Shown here piece after piece: positions 14,380 through 15,268 of a stretch of 15,268 nt of DNA. The first letter of the stretch is position 1; every line of letters starts with the position of its first letter. The stretch is from Candidatus Thorarchaeota archaeon (GTDB lineage Archaea > Asgardarchaeota > Thorarchaeia > Thorarchaeales > Thorarchaeaceae), in NCBI GenBank assembly GCA_011364905.1, contig RDNZ01000055.1:1-15268 (forward strand), written 5' to 3'. The notes under the pieces are model-generated. The model was given only the letters and a program-made list of their open reading frames with translations. It did no database searches and was not told where the DNA came from. Both the position numbers and the translations under genes were made by a program.

Positions 14380-14419
14380 TTTCGAAAATTTATATTTTAT
14401 TGGCTTTTTTTTCGAAAAT
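14380..14419. promoter_or_regulatory. Tandem palindromic TTTCGAAA(AT) sites 30 bp apart in an AT-rich region
   Basis: TTTCGAAAAT at 14380-14389 and 14410-14419, with TTTATAT between them. A third TTTCGAAAA lies at 14127-14135. Confidence 0.45.
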
Positions 14420-14506
14420 CAGTGAAACTTATATGCAACATCATACAAGTAATATAATTACACATTTGAGCGTTACGAAAACAATCAGCGGGTCCTGGGG
14501 GGTCTC

Positions 14507-14586
14507 GACTCGTGGTGGGGACGAGTCTTGTTGACCTTGACTACTGTAGAGCAATATGTGATACTCCCTACGGATTCGAGTAGGGA
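14507..14586 (+). other. Two perfect 7-bp hairpins in the leader of the beta-propeller gene
   Basis: GACTCGT-ggtgggg-ACGAGTC (14507-14527) and TCCCTAC-ggattcga-GTAGGGA (14565-14586). The second is directly before the AAGGAGG SD. Confidence 0.55.
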
Positions 14587-14602
14587 TGAAGGAGGATAGA
14601 AT

Positions 14603-15268
14603 TTGAAACAGAACAAGATGAGAATACTAACAGCAACTCTGTGTTTGCTTTTTTGCATGTCGCTAGTCGGTCCATTGGCCGCGAAACACTATGGAAGCCA
14701 CGCATTCGATGAATCCGTATCTTGGGCTGATTACGATATAATGGGAGCTAGGCAGGTCCCCTTTGATGCTGGTTATTACAATATAATCGCGGATGTACCT
14801 CATAACGATCATGGATATTCAGTTGTAGAAGTGTTCAACGAATTTGGTGTGTTAGACGGTTATGCAATTGCAGGATCTTCGATGAACAGCAATGGCGACC
14901 TGGACTTCTTGCTAATTCGGACTGATGTTGCTGGAAATGAAATTTGGCGACAAACATATGATTATGGTGACCATTCCACTAATGTAGCCTACGATTTAGT
15001 GCAATGTAGCGACCAGGGATTTGCGTTGGTTGGGCAAACTATAGACTATAGTGTAAATTATGGTGATTGCCTGCTGTTGCGAACCTACGCCGATGGTACT
15101 TTGTGGTGGGCACAGCCACTTGATAACTTTGGGAGGAATGATGTGGGCTACTCGCTTGTTGAGCTTGATAGTGGCGGGTTTGCTATTGCTGCTGCAACAT
15201 CAGATGGTCCTGGTTCTGGCGGCAATTGGGACGGGTGGCTCATAATCACTGATGCGATGGGGGTGATT
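14603..15268 (+). CDS. Secreted beta-propeller-repeat protein, 3'-truncated by the window (not in ORF track)
   Basis: AAGGAGG SD then TTG, with the frame open to the window end: MKQNKMRILTATLCLLFCMSLVGPLAA (signal peptide), then three ~50-aa blades of type D.GYS.VE...GGFAIAG.......D..LIRTD..G...W.Q (e.g. DHGYSVVEV..GYAIAG..DFLLIRTDVAGNEIWRQTY; NVAYDLVQCSDQGFALVG..DCLLLRTYADGTLWWAQ; DVGYSLVELDSGGFAIAA..DGWLIITDAMG). Confidence 0.9.
   Translation, partial: MKQNKMRILTATLCLLFCMSLVGPLAAKHYGSHAFDESVSWADYDIMGARQVPFDAGYYNIIADVPHNDHGYSVVEVFNEFGVLDGYAIAGSSMNSNGDLDFLLIRTDVAGNEIWRQTYDYGDHSTNVAYDLVQCSDQGFALVGQTIDYSVNYGDCLLLRTYADGTLWWAQPLDNFGRNDVGYSLVELDSGGFAIAAATSDGPGSGGNWDGWLIITDAMGVI

Noticed and set aside
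14097-14534. N-terminal extension of the 196-aa ORF to 14255, and ORF 14256..14534
   Set aside because: Both run through repeat R2 and AT-rich promoter-like DNA, with TTG starts lacking SD support.
14565-14586. TTCGA-containing hairpin as a tRNA T-arm
   Set aside because: No cloverleaf, acceptor stem or anticodon arm can be built around it.
15060-15245. 61-aa ORF
   Set aside because: Out-of-frame overlap with the beta-propeller CDS starting at 14603.

Overview
This looks like an archaeal window, most likely Asgard/Thorarchaeia. That assignment is inferred from GGTGA-type ribosome-binding sites, TATA-like promoters, sequon-rich surface glycoproteins and longin-like domains. The first ~10.8 kb holds three tandem, co-oriented paralogues (the first is 5'-truncated). 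The two complete ones are very large type-I membrane glycoproteins: signal peptide, shared N-terminal head with a DxDxDG loop, 5 or 10 ~100-aa Ig-like repeats, one TM helix, and a conserved cytoplasmic longin-like plus winged-helix-like module, i.e. a receptor-like architecture. A membrane-anchored beta-lactamase-fold serine hydrolase follows on the minus strand. Next comes a structured 0.5-kb segment with two unannotated small ORFs and three hairpins. Two convergent membrane-protein genes are then bracketed by a 109-bp bipartite direct repeat (40-bp block plus a 17-bp block with a GAACACGTGTTC palindrome, identical spacing). The window ends in the 5' part of a secreted beta-propeller-repeat protein missed by the ORF track. 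No tRNA, rRNA, CRISPR array, transposase or integrase was recognised.
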